NCBI GenBank assembly: GCA_039545335.1
Contig: BCIN01000005.1
Location: 434,001-498,000, forward strand
Direction: 5' to 3'
DNA from: Kondoa subrosea
Taxonomy: Eukaryota
DNA length: 64,000 bases
Below are positions 26,056 to 39,071 of the stretch, one piece after another (the first letter of the stretch is position 1; every line of letters begins with the position of its first letter). The notes beneath the pieces were generated by a model, which saw nothing but the letters and a program-made list of their open reading frames with translations, was not told where the DNA came from and ran no database searches. The position numbers were made by a program, and so were the translations under genes.

Positions 26056-27798
26056 TCACACCATTCTATCCATGGATATCTCAATAGCATCATCTTCTTT
26101 CTCCTCTGACGTCCCTTTCTTTTCTGCTGCTATCAGATCTGGTAAAGCAGACATGATCAAAAGCTTTCATTCGTCAAAACTGCATTCATCTACCTTCTGC
26201 ATGAACGAAAGTTTCCGTGACAGCATGGACTTGCATTTGAATAGGTTTGTTACTGAAGGTAGAAGTTTTGCTTGATCCGGTTGAAGACTTTAAGGTGCCA
26301 GCTATGAATTGGATATGGTATTAGCCAAGCTGCCTTGAAAGGGCGATGAGGTCATAAGTACGTACAGCGAATAGGTGCTGTTATGTAAGCTTTCCATGCT
26401 GTATATGCTACAGCCATAGCGCTACCAAGTCCATGAAGCCAATACGGTACTATGACTCCTGCAGTATATGGTGGAACTGGGTGTGTAAAGCTGAGAGCCA
26501 ATCGATAGTACAATAGCACACCTGTGAAAGGAAGAAATAGATCAGTTGCGATAAAGATGAAAACCGAGCTAGAGCAGACTGGCAGAAAGAGTCCAACTAC
26601 CGACCATGATAGAATGCAGTATTAAAGCAGTTTGCAAAGAGTCAGCTCTGCTGGCAGTTGACGAGGTTCTAGCAGTCGACTTTCTGAGCTTCTCACTCGA
26701 CCGAACAGCGATGACCTAAAGTAATCAAGATCGGTCCGGATCTCGCATATTGAGTATAGTCAGGGAACTGACGAGAATTATACAAGCTGGAAAGCCGAAG
26801 AGGAGTAGAAGGCTAAAGAGAGCCAAGCACTGTAATTTCTGAGGATCAGCCCGTGACGAGGCGATGATAGATAACATCACTCACCAGATAGCTTGTGAGC
26901 TGCAGTGATGTATCTCAGCCAGACGAATAGGTCAAGCAATGTAAGCACTGACGGCAACGTAATATTTCGTCTGAGCCGTCGCCTCCGCCTGTTTTCAAGT
27001 TAGCTGGTACTTTCGCGTCAGGAACAAGAACTTTACAAAGCCCTTTGCAAGATGCGCCAATTCAATGGGCGAGAAATCACCTGTGGTGAACAAGGCGCGC
27101 AACTTTTCTCCATAATCCACAGCTGCACCCTGAAGTCAGAATATTCGAACTGTTCTGATCAGCCGCAAGACCATACATCTGTTGAGAGCCGAGTTGCTGC
27201 ATCATTCGTTAGCCGACCAGCGGTGTAAAGTCTACCCATACGCACGCAATGAAGGAGAAAGCAAGTGCTGGACCCAGCAACGCAAACGGTAGGATGAACG
27301 CGAAGAAGTGATAGAGTATTGCGGGTGGCTGAGGAACTCGAATGCCTGGTCTATTGACGGTCCTTGATAGAGCACGAAAGAGGTGCAGCCCAGAGAAGAT
27401 CAGTCTTGCGAGAAGCATGAGATGACAAGCTGCAGTATTCAGAGATACGACGCACGAGCAATTGTATAACCAACAAGCCAGAGTAAGGAAGATGGTACCG
27501 AACGCTTGCATAAAAATGTAATTCTTTTGAGAGCCTTGACCTCGATCATTCACCGCGTGCCAGTAACAGCCATACACGCTCGTGATGGTATAGATAGAAA
27601 CTATAGGGAGCCAGAGAAACCTTGATCAACCTGTTCAGTACGCGACGGGAACGAAATGCTTGCTGACTAACAGACTATTGGCTAGATAACGCGTAGATCC
27701 GTCCGCTACTCTCGTATATCAGTGGACATCGCTCCCATTATAGCAAGTAGCGCTTACACGTTTCCTTGCGAAAGACCCACAGTTTTGATGTTCCCCAT
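26056..27798 (-). CDS. Multi-exon polytopic membrane protein, possibly 7TM/GPCR-like
   Basis: About 7 hydrophobic segments across exons (LFLWLPIVSIYTIT, FMQAFGTIFLTLACWL, YHFFAFILPFALLGPAL, CLALFSLLLLFGFPACIIL, etc.) and a polar tail IQMQVHAVTETFVH; the central exon phase is unresolved. Confidence 0.6.
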
Positions 27799-28754
27799 TT
27801 CGTCCAGATTTCGCAAATCAGAGTACTAATGGTTGCTGCTGAGACAACTGCATCGAGTATACTGAGCGAGATAAGCTGACCGTATTCAAGTAGAAGCAAA
27901 TCATCTAGAGGTAACGCTCCTAGAGCAATCGGATTCGGTCTGAAGGGTGAAAGAGTGGGAAAAGGAGGCGATACGGAAAAGAGGAGAAGGATGTGAGGGC
28001 CAGATCATGAGCTTCAGAAGAGAGCGGATGCAAATCTCGTGACCTCAGGCACAGTTAGTAGTAGAAGCGTCCAATTCTGATTGAACATATAGAGAGGTTG
28101 ATTGAGATGAAGTGCACTTCCACCTTTTAGAATTCATGGCCAGCACTGGCATCAAGCGAAGCTTTTGCGACTGAAGTCACCTCGAAGTCTCATATCAAAC
28201 TGCCTTGTCAACCGAACGAGCTACCTTTTACTCTCTTGAGCAATGCTTTGCCATACTTCGCGGTTCACGACTTCGCGGTTCACGCTCATGCTCACCTCGT
28301 TCAAGCGCTCGCTTCGCCAAATGAAATGCTCTTGCTGACTTACCAAGACGCTTCTTTGCATGTGTCTTCTTGCACATGGTGCAGCGTAGCCTCCAAACGC
28401 GTGGTCGAACGTTGCAGATTGATGTGACCGTGATGCAAAAGGTGGTCGCTTACTAAGCAGTTCCATTCTTTTCCGTCCTGCCCTTCTTGTCTCGAGACTG
28501 CCGCGGACTCTTGCAGGCGACCGTGATATCGCTCAACTTCTCCACATATCCGCTATCATTCTTATACCTTTCCTGTCTCGTTGCCTTGACGAAGCACTGG
28601 ACAGAGAGAATCAAACAACAACAACAATCAAGAGTCCAAGCTCTCTTTACAACGGCAATACAGTAGACAAGTAGCCACTCGAACTGCAAGAACGACTCTT
28701 CCTTATCCCTGATTTGCAACTGCTGCTTGTCGCTCACGCCGCATCGAACAGAAT

Positions 28755-31210
28755 ATGACTAACGAAACAAACTCTCTATCGACCTCCGTAACATCGTCAA
28801 CGCACACTACTTCCGAGCAACAGATCTACAGTCAGTCTTGGGGAGATGAAAACGACCCGGAAGAGGAGAGCAAGTTTCGTTCACATCTGACCAAGTATGA
28901 TGACTTCGCGAAATTCTTGAATGGCCTTCAACAACGTGGTCTCGTTGCGAAGGATGGCGCGTCTTCATGCTCTTCACAAGCTATATTTGATCCGTCCGTA
29001 AATCACACTCCATTATTGAACCGGCTGCAAAGGCTTGCAACAGCAAACGAAGACGCAGAGGAACCTTTTGCTCGCCAGCTGACCAGGACGCTAGGGAGAT
29101 ACCCTCCTGTCAATAGTTCTCGTGAGCCGCAAAGCGCATCTGGCTGATGAGGATACAGGAAACAACAAGGAAACCCTTGAGAAGATGTCTCGACACTAGT
29201 CATACAAATACGTCTCTTCCTACAAGCATCCTTTGCGGTTCAAACCGGCGGCCCGACTTCATCATCCGCGACATAGATCAGGTTTCCGGCACCAGCAATA
29301 AATGGGAGACTGTCAATGCCTTTGGCGAATTGACGGTCACACCTATACTTAATGTCTCACAAAGTCTCTCTGGCACCAAACTCAATTCAAAGCATCTTCA
29401 ACTTTTCAACAATATGAAAGTAGGCATGATACGTCGTCGTCAGTGCTTCCATTTGTACTTGCCACTACGTCTCGATAGCTAACTCTGGAGTCTATAGCAC
29501 TCAGCACTCACATCATGGGCTTTGGCTTCAGTCAGAATCAGAAATCGGAATCCGCCGCGACAACAACTACTTTCACTTTGGCCTGCTTGACGAGAGAAGA
29601 CCTCATGTTTTGCGAAGTAGAAGATTGCTTTAGCACCACAGACAAGCTGCATCAAGTTCTGCTGGCTCTGTTTTTCCTCTGTTCTGCGGATGATCGAGAT
29701 CTGCATGGACCAAATGGAGGCAACAAGATCCAGGATTACATGCAATTCGAGTGCGCGCAACCAGAGCAAGATGATCTCCGTCCAGATATGACGGGAAAGT
29801 GGAAAACTGCAACTGCTCGTGACTGCTTGGACGGGCTTCCCCCAGACTTACCCAGCTTTTGCGGTTTCAGACTCTTTGGGCGAGCAACGGCAGTGTATTT
29901 CGACGCAAGAAATGCGTATAAAATAGTCTGGCTGCCTGAGCATGTAGCTTTGGGGAAACATGTGATGGCGAAGGAATTAGAGGTCATGCAAGTGCTGCAC
30001 GCGCATTTGGGAAAAGATTTTGAAGATCGCATTCCAAAGTTGAGAGGGTGGGCTCACGAAAAGAGAGAATCCAAAGAGCAAGTAGCTCCTGAACAGCGCA
30101 AGAAGGATGTTGATATAACGAAACGGCATCTGTGGATCATCCGTATGTCGCGGGGCAACCCTATCGATCCGTCAAATGTACGCACCATCGAAAATCTGAT
30201 GGATCTCTTGGTGGACATCGCTGAAAGTGTGTTCTTCATCGTGTGTTGTCGACTATGACTCACAGTCTTACTAGCTCTCAAACACTTTCACTCGATTGGC
30301 GTTGCGCATCGCGATATCTCATGCAACAATATCCTTTGTCAGCCTGGATCAGAGGAGGGCACGGCAAAAAGCCTCATCATCGACTTTGACAATTCCACTT
30401 ACTTTAGCAAAGAAAGGGGATATCGGTATTCGAGTACAAGCCGGAACGGTAAAAAGATATCTATCACTGTAAGCAGACTCCAAATGCGTCAGGCCTTTGC
30501 TGATGCTGGTATGTCCGTCAATACAGTTCACAAAAGATTGCGTGCCATACGCCATCTGCAAAGCTGGCCTCACCTTCTTGTATATCTTTCACATCAGGCA
30601 AGAGATGGAATCCCTTCTCTACTTCTTCATTCACATCTTGATGCGCTTCTTCTCTTCTTCGACAAAGCAAGCGGAATCCGAGCGCTGCAAAATGGTCAAA
30701 GTGACTTCTTATAGCCTTCGCTCAAACGGTTCACAGAAGGCAAACACGTCCTCAGCTACGCGTTCGATTTCTCAGCTTGATGACAGCCTAAAGACGGGAC
30801 CAGACTGCCACTTGAACTTTGATAAATGTCAGCTGTCTCTGATGGAACTCAAAGATCAAAAGTTGCGATCATTGCTTCAAGACCTTGTGACGGCTTTAAA
30901 GAAGCTGTCAATCGTGCCGGATGATAAAGAGCGCAGATTTTGGGACTTNTGGTCTGNNANNGCNANACNNNANGAAGCACNATTGAAGGAGAAAANCACC
31001 ATAGAAGNCAAATNCGNNGNCTTGTCGCTGCAAGATCACCGGTCGCAGATAAGAGAGGAAATGGACGACGACGAGAAGGACTTGGTCGAAAAACAAGACA
31101 CGGCATACTTCACAGACCAAGATATGCTGATCAGAGTGCTGGAAAACTCCAAGTCGAAAATGAAAGAATGGTGGAAATTGGTTCCAGCCGAGCTTGAAAA
31201 ACGAGCTTGA
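28755..31210 (+). CDS. Fungal-type protein kinase (FunK1), copy B
   Basis: Essentially identical to 19562..22017 except for the first ~32 codons and an M/T change. Confidence 0.8.
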
Positions 31211-31741
31211 AGAAAGATAAAGGGAATACCATGCTCGCTATCGCTATATATATCTTCGCTATCGTAATGACAACATACTGCTTTTTTACGTTTTCTTAGG
31301 GCTGGATTCTGTGTGAACGCGCAAGATGCAATGACGCAGAAAGTTATATACACTCAGGAATAATACTGCTGCCCTAATATTTCATGTAATTATCATAGTT
31401 TGTGAAGAGTGAATAATGAGTCTTGATTTTGTAAGTTGACTATTTTATCTGTCACCAAACGAGCTGTGTAGGTCATGGNTGAGCTCTTCTTGAATACTAG
31501 AAGTATTTCGCTTAATTGAAGAATTGGTTAGGGAGCTTTGGNTTCGCAANNCAATGAGTCNNNGCANGGCAAGCTCGAAATTNACANNACTCNCCTTTCG
31601 CCCAGCGTTTCTCCATCGCTNTGGCAGATAATTCAGATAAAGCATATGACCTAATGCACGACAATTTTGAGGTCGTACATAAGATTCAGAGGAGGATAGA
31701 ATTCACCGTTCAACTATTTCAGTGCGAACAGAAAGTGCACT

Positions 31742-31841
31742 NNNNNNNNNNNNNNNNNNNNNNNNNNNNNNNNNNNNNNNNNNNNNNNNNNNNNNNNNNN
31801 NNNNNNNNNNNNNNNNNNNNNNNNNNNNNNNNNNNNNNNNN
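31742..31841. other. Assembly gap (100 N) with the same 120 bp repeated on both sides
   Basis: Run of 100 N; 31622-31741 is repeated at 31842-31961. Confidence 0.97.
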
Positions 31842-32649
31842 TGGCAGATAATTCAGATAAAGCATATGACCTAATGCACGACAATTTTGAGGTCGTACAT
31901 AAGATTCAGAGGAGGATAGAATTCACCGTTCAACTATTTCAGTGCGAACAGAAAGTGCACTGTGCCATCCCGTTCCATCAAACACCCCAGTTTCATCATC
32001 CATACCAGATCTGTACTATTCAAATGCACTTCCACTCCTTTTTCCGTGACCTGATTTCTTTCGACTCTTGATACTGAGGCAACTGACTCCACTTCTTCGA
32101 TCTGGCACTTCCCTTCCTTTTGTTTGAGGTCGTAGAGCTTTTGCTTGCATCCTCTTCATCATCAATTGAAGCAGTAAATTGATGGTTGGCTGATGCTAGG
32201 GCAGTTTCGGTGAATCAATCCAATCCAGAAATTTCTAACGCGCTGATGATCGATCTAGTACGTGTTCTTTCCCGTTAAGAAGGAGGGTAAGGTTGATCGT
32301 TTTGGTCCATAGAGGAAGGGTGCATGATTTGGGATTATTTTAGAGCATCGATCCAGAGTTCTTACGTGCACGAAAACTTGCGTAAATTTGGAGTTGTTTG
32401 CTAACGAGTTGGAGTCGCGAATAGATTATGTGCCTGAGGTAATACGACCCAGAGGACCTTGATACGACCCAGAGGACCTTCCAGATGAAACAGCAATGCA
32501 CACCGACTATAGCGATCAAAATGATGTCGAGCTGGCGCCCAACGGTCGCGCTGCAGCAATGAACGGAAGATAAGGACCAACTTGCTGATAAGAAACTTTG
32601 ATTCTGAGGCAGTGCGCAATCGCTTGCAGGTAGTGACTACTGTTGCTTC

Positions 32650-34064
32650 TTAATTCAATGTGGCAGAATCCGTTTGATGAACTGTCAAACGTCTGTTCTC
32701 GCAAGTGATGCGGCTGATGAGCGTCCAGCTTCTGTCTTCTGCAAAGATGAAATTGATATCCAGCAAGCGACCTTGAAAAGGTCGAGCCAAAGCTTGAGCA
32801 TCTTTAACCAATTCCCATTGTATCTCATCCATTTGCACCTCTTCCACATCTCCAAGTGAATTCAAAGTTGGATAAGTCTGCTTCGTGGACGGTAAATGTG
32901 AATGGAGCGTGAAGTATAAAAGGGTTCGGCAAGCGGTGCTGATCAGAAGGGGAGCGTAAATGGAGCAAGGGATGAAGCGGCGCGTAAAACGTTCTGATCT
33001 GCGAATACCATAATATACATCGATCTGTTTTATGCTGGGTAAGGTGCATTTGCTGAGTTCTGGTACTGCTGACTGGATTGCTTGCGTGGACACCATGCCC
33101 TGAAATCGCAATAATAGCTGTTCACAAGACGGTATATTGCCATTGAGACCAGAGAGTCGCTTGACAGCCAATAAATTGCAAGATATATCGAGGAGAAGAA
33201 GTTTGGGTAGGTGTACGAAGTTTGCCAAAATGTCGGAACTGGCGATACATACCAGAGATCGAAGAGTAGGTGCATGTAAAATGAGGATATCGCGTGTTCC
33301 ATGATGACGATTGCGGTGCTGTTGTATGATTTCGAAGCGTTGAATAGGTAGAGGACTGTTCAAATACAGACGTGCGTATCCTTCAATGTGATTGCTCTTA
33401 GTGCAGGCATGTCAGCCAATATCTTGCCAATGACAGACCGGTTCCATTCGGGCTCGAAAACATTGTAGGGAAAAATGTGCAATTGCCTGCAAGCACGGAA
33501 GAGCCAGCCATTGTTGCAAGGATGGAAGTGCATTGCAGTCGAATTCAGAGAGATCGACGTCGTCGTCCACGCCATGGCCCTCAACATCTTCCATTATGTC
33601 AAGACGAGTAAGATAGCGGCAGTGATGCAGAATTTCTAGGAGCCGAGCGGTTGGTACTTGCATTCGCTTCAGTTCATCAGCTAGGGCTTGACTGAAAGTA
33701 CTAGTTCGTATTTCCTCCAAGGACATGTCGTCTAAAGTATAAGTGTATGTTGGTTGGTTCTTGATCTGTATACAGAATGCAATAGCAAGAGAGCCAACGT
33801 GCAGAGCAAGAGATGGTTGCCAAGACACTGGCTCGAAGCTTGCTGCTGCGGATTTGAATGTTGGTCATAGAGTGGTAGAGAAAAGGTAGTCTTGAGGTAG
33901 ACGGAACCTAGAATAAAGAGATCTGAGGATCAAAATTTGCCGCTTCTGTGAGACGTACGACAAGTGTACGTCAACGCTAGCCAGCTCTCCTTTGGTTCGC
34001 CAATTCTTAGCACGCCCGCATCCCTCGCTATCTGCCTCCAAGTTTCTGCCGGCAAGCGATCCAT
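32650..34064 (-). pseudogene. F-box/LRR-like gene copy B, frameshifted
   Basis: Intact F-box exon MDRLPAETWRQIARDAGVLRIGEPKESWLALTYTCR, then -2 (~33890), -2 (~33820), +1 (~33470) and -1 (~33372) indels relative to copy A. Confidence 0.8.
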
Positions 34065-35494
34065 CCTCTACAGACTACTATCGCTGCACTGCCTTGCTCT
34101 TATTCGGTTGTCAACTTCTGATGCACTAGCGAAGAAACAAGTTGCGCTCTTGAAGTCCAAGTTTGGCCAGAGAAGAAAGCTCAATTGCAGATTGACTGTG
34201 AAGGCTCAAGCTATTGTCTAACAATGATGACTATAGCAGTCTCGCGGTATCACCGAAGGCACTGGTATTTGCCCCTCCGAGGTCTTGGTCCGTTGTGAAA
34301 AAATGCTTATGTCTGGCCCGAGGGATTTTTGAACGTTCAAAAAAAGAGAGAGGAAAAGGAGAGAAGAAGAAGGAGATTGAAGGAGACTCTGAGCCGCAGT
34401 TGAACCGGCCTAGCTTTTTGTCGATCTTTAATTAAAGCTGCTCTCTGTCATCTCGTCCAGCTGTCGCCATTCAACTTCTTGCAGGTCTATGTGTGCCAAT
34501 CTACGCTGTACCATCTATGACACGTCTGTACCAAGTTTTAGCGAGTCCTCTCTTGTAGGGACTATACGCTTGAACGTTAAAATTGGGACATAGGCAAATG
34601 GTTACTATATGCTCAGATCGGCAGCTGTGGCTCTGTAACTTTGCAGATCTATTTTATATCACTATGACTATACATCCTTGAACGGAAACCTACCGATTGC
34701 ATGTTCCTTCCGTTCTGGACATACATCAAATATTGCACATTATAATCTCTGTCTCTGATGCTCATTCGCTGGTAGAGCAGAAGCGCATACTCAATATTCC
34801 TATAAGCATCCGCACTATTCATTGAACGCATTGGACATGCTTATATACAGCTCAAACATGCATAGATACATTTATACAGGTTGTCAACGCTTCTTTCCCG
34901 CTGCCCATTCCTCTTTGTAGAACTGCGTCAATCAAAGCTAAGTCTCACCAGACACAGAGATTTAAGCTCGACTCACTGAATAGCTTGCCATTGGCCGAGC
35001 AAGTCATCCTGCCTCTTAACAGGCTAGCAACTGTATACCTGTCTCCCCTGCGGAATGCCTCCTCAGCAGCATAAACGTGCGGCATGCAGCCTTTCTTCTG
35101 CAGTGGATGTAAGTTCAATGCTTCGAACTCTTTCTTTGAACTCCAATGTGTAGTCGGGGCGCAGACTGATGATGCACAATAGATGTACTTGTTGAGGCCA
35201 CTGACCAGAATTCGGAAAAACAAGGATCTTTGGATCTGATCCAGAACGATCCTTGCTCGTATCGCGGAAGTATTCGATTTTCAAGTATTCGATTTTCAAT
35301 ATAGCAAGACTTTACGTGTTGATTCACTACTCAATGGACCGCTAGTCCCAGCCTGAGCATACCCTTTCGAAGCCGCTTGAAAGATCTGGCCGAATCTTGC
35401 TGAGCATTCGAATCGAATTCTCGAGTAGGAGAGCGTCCTGTCTAGTAGAAGAACGGTCGTTGATCATTAGGATAGTATATCGATTGGAAGTAGG

Positions 35495-35718
35495 TCGTGA
35501 GATGGCAGATCGGTTATCGGTGAAAGAAAGATCCTTTTTCCCGTATTCGAAACAAACCCGACCGTAAGTAGTGCAAGAAACGCCAGCGCAATTCAGAAGC
35601 CGTAGTTCCAACCGCTTTGAGTGAGACTGCAACAGGTCATACGAGAGCGAGTTCAAGATCCAAGATAAGGAATAGCAGAGCAGCCAGATAGAAGCCAGAA
35701 TTGATTTCGTGTTTGTGC
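35495..35718 (-). pseudogene. nad3: Decayed mitochondrial NADH dehydrogenase subunit 3 fragment (NUMT)
   Basis: With 3 frameshifts and TGA read as Trp: AQTRNQF/GFYLAALLFLILDLELALVWPVAVSLKAVG/NYGFWIALAFLALLTVGFV/FEYGKKDLSFTDNRSAISR. Confidence 0.85.
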
Positions 35719-36224
35719 TTATACGAGTGTTCTGCAGCTGACTCCTCTGGGTTCTAACATCCAGCATTGTTCGGACCATCATATGCTGCTGAGCAATCCG
35801 CAGTGCTAGTCGACGAGGGGTGTTACTGAGCCGTCTGTTCACGAATTTGCGGATACTGAAATCGCATTCCAAAGACCGCCGCTGTCACATCGTTAGTGAG
35901 GGATGTCCATAGTCGCACACAAATAAACGTACTGAAAGTATCATTCTTCAGCCTGGTTGCCGAATATGCGCGGTGTAGGTGTACGTGCAGCCGCTGTTGC
36001 TGAAGAAAAGTGGTTGCACGGGAATTTCTTCAGCAACAAGGGTATCTCTGCTCGGGTATGGTTAGTATGGTATGGCTGCTTAGGGCAGGAAAGCAGCCTT
36101 TGTTTTCGCTGAGACAGAAAATCGTGGAGCTTACAAAATGGACTCAGACAAACCGGCATAGTCACCTTCCCTCAATGTAAAATGTAAATCTCGTTGTTCT
36201 TGTTTCGCAACATCGATTCAAACT

Positions 36225-37030
36225 ATGGGTAAACGCAAATCTGAGATGAAGTCTGAGGAACTGGTTGGCGATTCGGATGAGGGCTTGAGTGAGCAAGAAG
36301 AGAAGCCCGTTGCTGCAAAGAAAGCCAAAAAGGAAACAAAGGCAGAGCCCAAGGTCAAACAAGAAGCTCGCATTTGTAGGAGGGACTAGGTCTGACACGT
36401 ATCAAATAGGCTAGCACGAGCACTGCGGCTGTAAATGATGGAGAAGAGAGCGCAGAGAGCGCAATGACGAAGAATGAATCAGGTCAGAGAGAAGCTTGAG
36501 GTTGCATTATGTTATGCTAATGTCCAGCCAATCATCTGACAGGCGACATGTATGCAGAGGTACGCGGCTGAGCTTCTGCGCTGTATCTCAGCTAGAGGTG
36601 ATGCACTCGTACAGCTCGGCAAGAAGAAACGAGGTGAGTCTAGATCTGTCATTGGCTTAATGCTCCTAACTGCAGTTATTAACAGTAACTGTACGGAGCT
36701 ACAAGAAGGCTGTCCTCATCGATTTGCGAGAATATTGCAAGTGCACAAGGCTAGTATGCTGAATCAAGCTTACTCGTCCATATCCACTTGCAGACACTGA
36801 CAAGAATGATAACGTCGACAAGCCTGGTAAGAGAGGACTGTCACTAAGTCCGGAGAACGTGAGTTGGGTTCAGTTGATCATGTTCGCATGATGTTGGGCT
36901 TAATTTGACTCACAGTGGGAAGAACTCAAGAAGCTTATTCCTGCTGTTTGTCCTTTTCTGATTGGACTATCGATGACTTGATTGACCTCTTCTACAGATC
37001 GATGCGGAAGTATCGAAGCTCGGCGCCTAA
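36225..37030 (+). CDS. SUB1: Transcriptional coactivator PC4/Sub1 (includes a GC-AG intron at 36737-36793)
   Basis: Spliced: ELGKKKRVTVRSYKKAVLIDLREYYTDK...KPGKRGLSLSPENWEELKKLIPAIDAEV. Confidence 0.93.
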
Positions 37031-37221
37031 TCAGATGTGTCAGACAACTGGGAGACTGTCATGCAGCAATACTGCTCGCGCTACTCCCGACTCACACGTA
37101 ATGAAGCTAAATGTATAATATTGACCGATCTTCTGTTTCGACCCGAGATGACTTGACTTGAGACGACTTGAGGCACTCGCCAGCCGAATTGATCGGTTGT
37201 CCCAAAACTGTTACTTTCGCC

Positions 37222-37712
37222 ATGCTCGCTTCACGAATACTACGCCAAGCGACTGAATCAGCCTCAGCAGCTGTAGCTCAAGTAGCACGTCGCACAAAGA
37301 TCACAACAGGAATAACAGGTTTGTCTCAGCGAAATCTTGATATATTCAACAGTGCTCAATGGTGTTGACAGGCCTCGCTGTACATCCTGAACCTCTTCAC
37401 AGACTCAAAGCAGTATATACCAGTACTCTCTCCGAATTACAAACATTACCAGCTTCATCAGTGTACCGACAATCCACAGAAGCTATAACTCAACATCGAA
37501 TGAATCTAGTCTCACAAGCTGAATCAGGTGGTAGACAAGGAGAAGATGCTGTGGTTGCTTTTGAGCAGAGTTTAGACTCGGGAGCTGCGGAAGAATTGAT
37601 TGAAACGGCAGAGGCTGAATTGAACTTGGTGAAGAAGATGAGAGAATGGAAAGCTTGGGAAGCACTGGAGGAACAACCTGCTGAAGAACAATGGGATTAC
37701 TTTGATGTGTGA
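37222..37712 (+). CDS. NDUFA5: NADH:ubiquinone oxidoreductase accessory subunit NDUFA5 (B13/29.9 kDa)
   Basis: TTGITGLAVHPEP...LPASSVYRQSTEAITQHR...EELIETAEAELNL..KM.EWKAWE.LEE.P...QWDYF. Confidence 0.93.
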
Positions 37713-38221
37713 GCGTAAAGCGGTAAAGAGTTTGGAAAAGTTAAACTGATTCATTGTGTGCTTTTAAGGCCTGCCTCGACAACAAATCCAGATCAGCAGA
37801 CTTAGATGGGCTATAGCATGTCAGTCTATTGCTCGAATCCGTTTATTTGATACTAATCTGAATGATTCATACAGTTGTGCATATAATATACAAATCAAAA
37901 TTGAATGATCCTGCCTCTGACCCTGCTTCTGGCATTTCGTACGGCCACATGCGCTTGATCTGTTATCCTCTGCTCTTGTATCATTCCGTTTTCCGTCGCA
38001 AAATCTGATACCGCCATGTCATTCTATACGACGAGACTCGAGCCACCTCTAATCTGTCGAAATGATAGTTTACGACATTGGTCCTTCTATGACTGTAGAT
38101 CGTCTGATGATCTCGCAATCGTTCAAGTCAGCTTATAAATATAGAAGAAAGGGAAGACTTCTCGAGAGGTAATCCTGTACGACAGAAGATGTATAGCTCA
38201 TTGGCCGTCTGTTATTATTCT

Positions 38222-38245
38222 TCTCTTCTCTCTCTCTCTCTCTCT
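38222..38245. repeat. (TC)n microsatellite upstream of the expansin-like gene
   Basis: tctcttctctctctctctctctct. Confidence 0.8.
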
Positions 38246-38310
38246 TCCTGACTCATCTCATCTCTACTCGCTCTCATCTTATCTTTGACTGTCGACTTTC
38301 TTCTACCAAT

Positions 38311-39071
38311 ATGAGATCAAACTTCTTGAGTCTCTTGTCTTCCCTTCTCGCCGTTAGCGCTATACCACAGGTAAGTTCCTTTGCCACGTCGATATATTCC
38401 TGTCTTATCTTTTGCTAGCGTTGGGGCAATCAAGGTCATGGCTATCAACCAGTCAACAATGGCCAAGTCACCATGTCTAACGCTGTTCAGCCCGCTTCAA
38501 TACAGACTACAGTCGTTCTAGCTCAAGCAGCTGCAGTCACTTCTACTCCCTCTCAACCTATTGCAGGCAGTCATTCCGCTGTCCGAACCACCTTCTACAA
38601 TGCTGGTCTCGGTGCTTGCGGGGATAGTCAGTACTCCCTTTCTGTTATTTTGTTGTTCACAATTAATGGGAGCTACGACAGCACACACGGATTCAGAAAT
38701 GGTCATTGCTATGAATTCTGTTGATTTCAGTAGCAAAGCAGCTTGCGGACGTCGAGTACGAATTTTTGACCCACAGAAAACTTTAGACTCTTCTGCTACT
38801 GCTCCTGGAAATGTTAAAGCTGGAGCTAGTATTGAAGGAATAGTTGTCGAGTGAGTTCTCCTTTGCAAAGAAAAGGAAGAAAGAGCCGTAAGCTGATAGT
38901 TATGATGATAGTCTGTGCCCTGGATGTCCTCCTGGAGGCTTAGACATCACACCTGCTATGTTTGATCAGCTAGCAGATGAAAAATTGGGCGTCATTCGAA
39001 CCAAGTAAGCAGATCTTCTAAAATATACTCACAGTTGTCTCACTAGCCCTGCTAGCTGGGAGTTCATCTGA
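38311..39071 (+). CDS. Secreted RlpA-like double-psi beta-barrel (expansin/barwin-like) protein
   Basis: Signal peptide MRSNFLSLLSSLLAVSA; TFYNAGLGACG, VIAMN, ACGRRVRI, VVDLCPGC..GGLDITPAMF. Confidence 0.9.

Larger units (their letters stand above)
28460..34290 (+). repeat. Copy B of the FunK1 + F-box direct duplication (spans the scaffold gap)
   Basis: Matches 19267..24914, including N calls at equivalent positions. Confidence 0.9.

Noticed and set aside
28255..28284. 15-bp tandem duplication acttcgcggttcacg x2
   Set aside because: Isolated intergenic slippage with no further structure
31622..31961. 120-bp direct repeat flanking the N run
   Set aside because: Typical unmerged contig overlap at a scaffold gap; copy A has only one unit
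34300..35490. Fragmentary ORFs and a 15-bp tandem duplication (~35268-35297) beside the NUMT
   Set aside because: Probably a decayed gene, but no recognisable homology or consistent splice model
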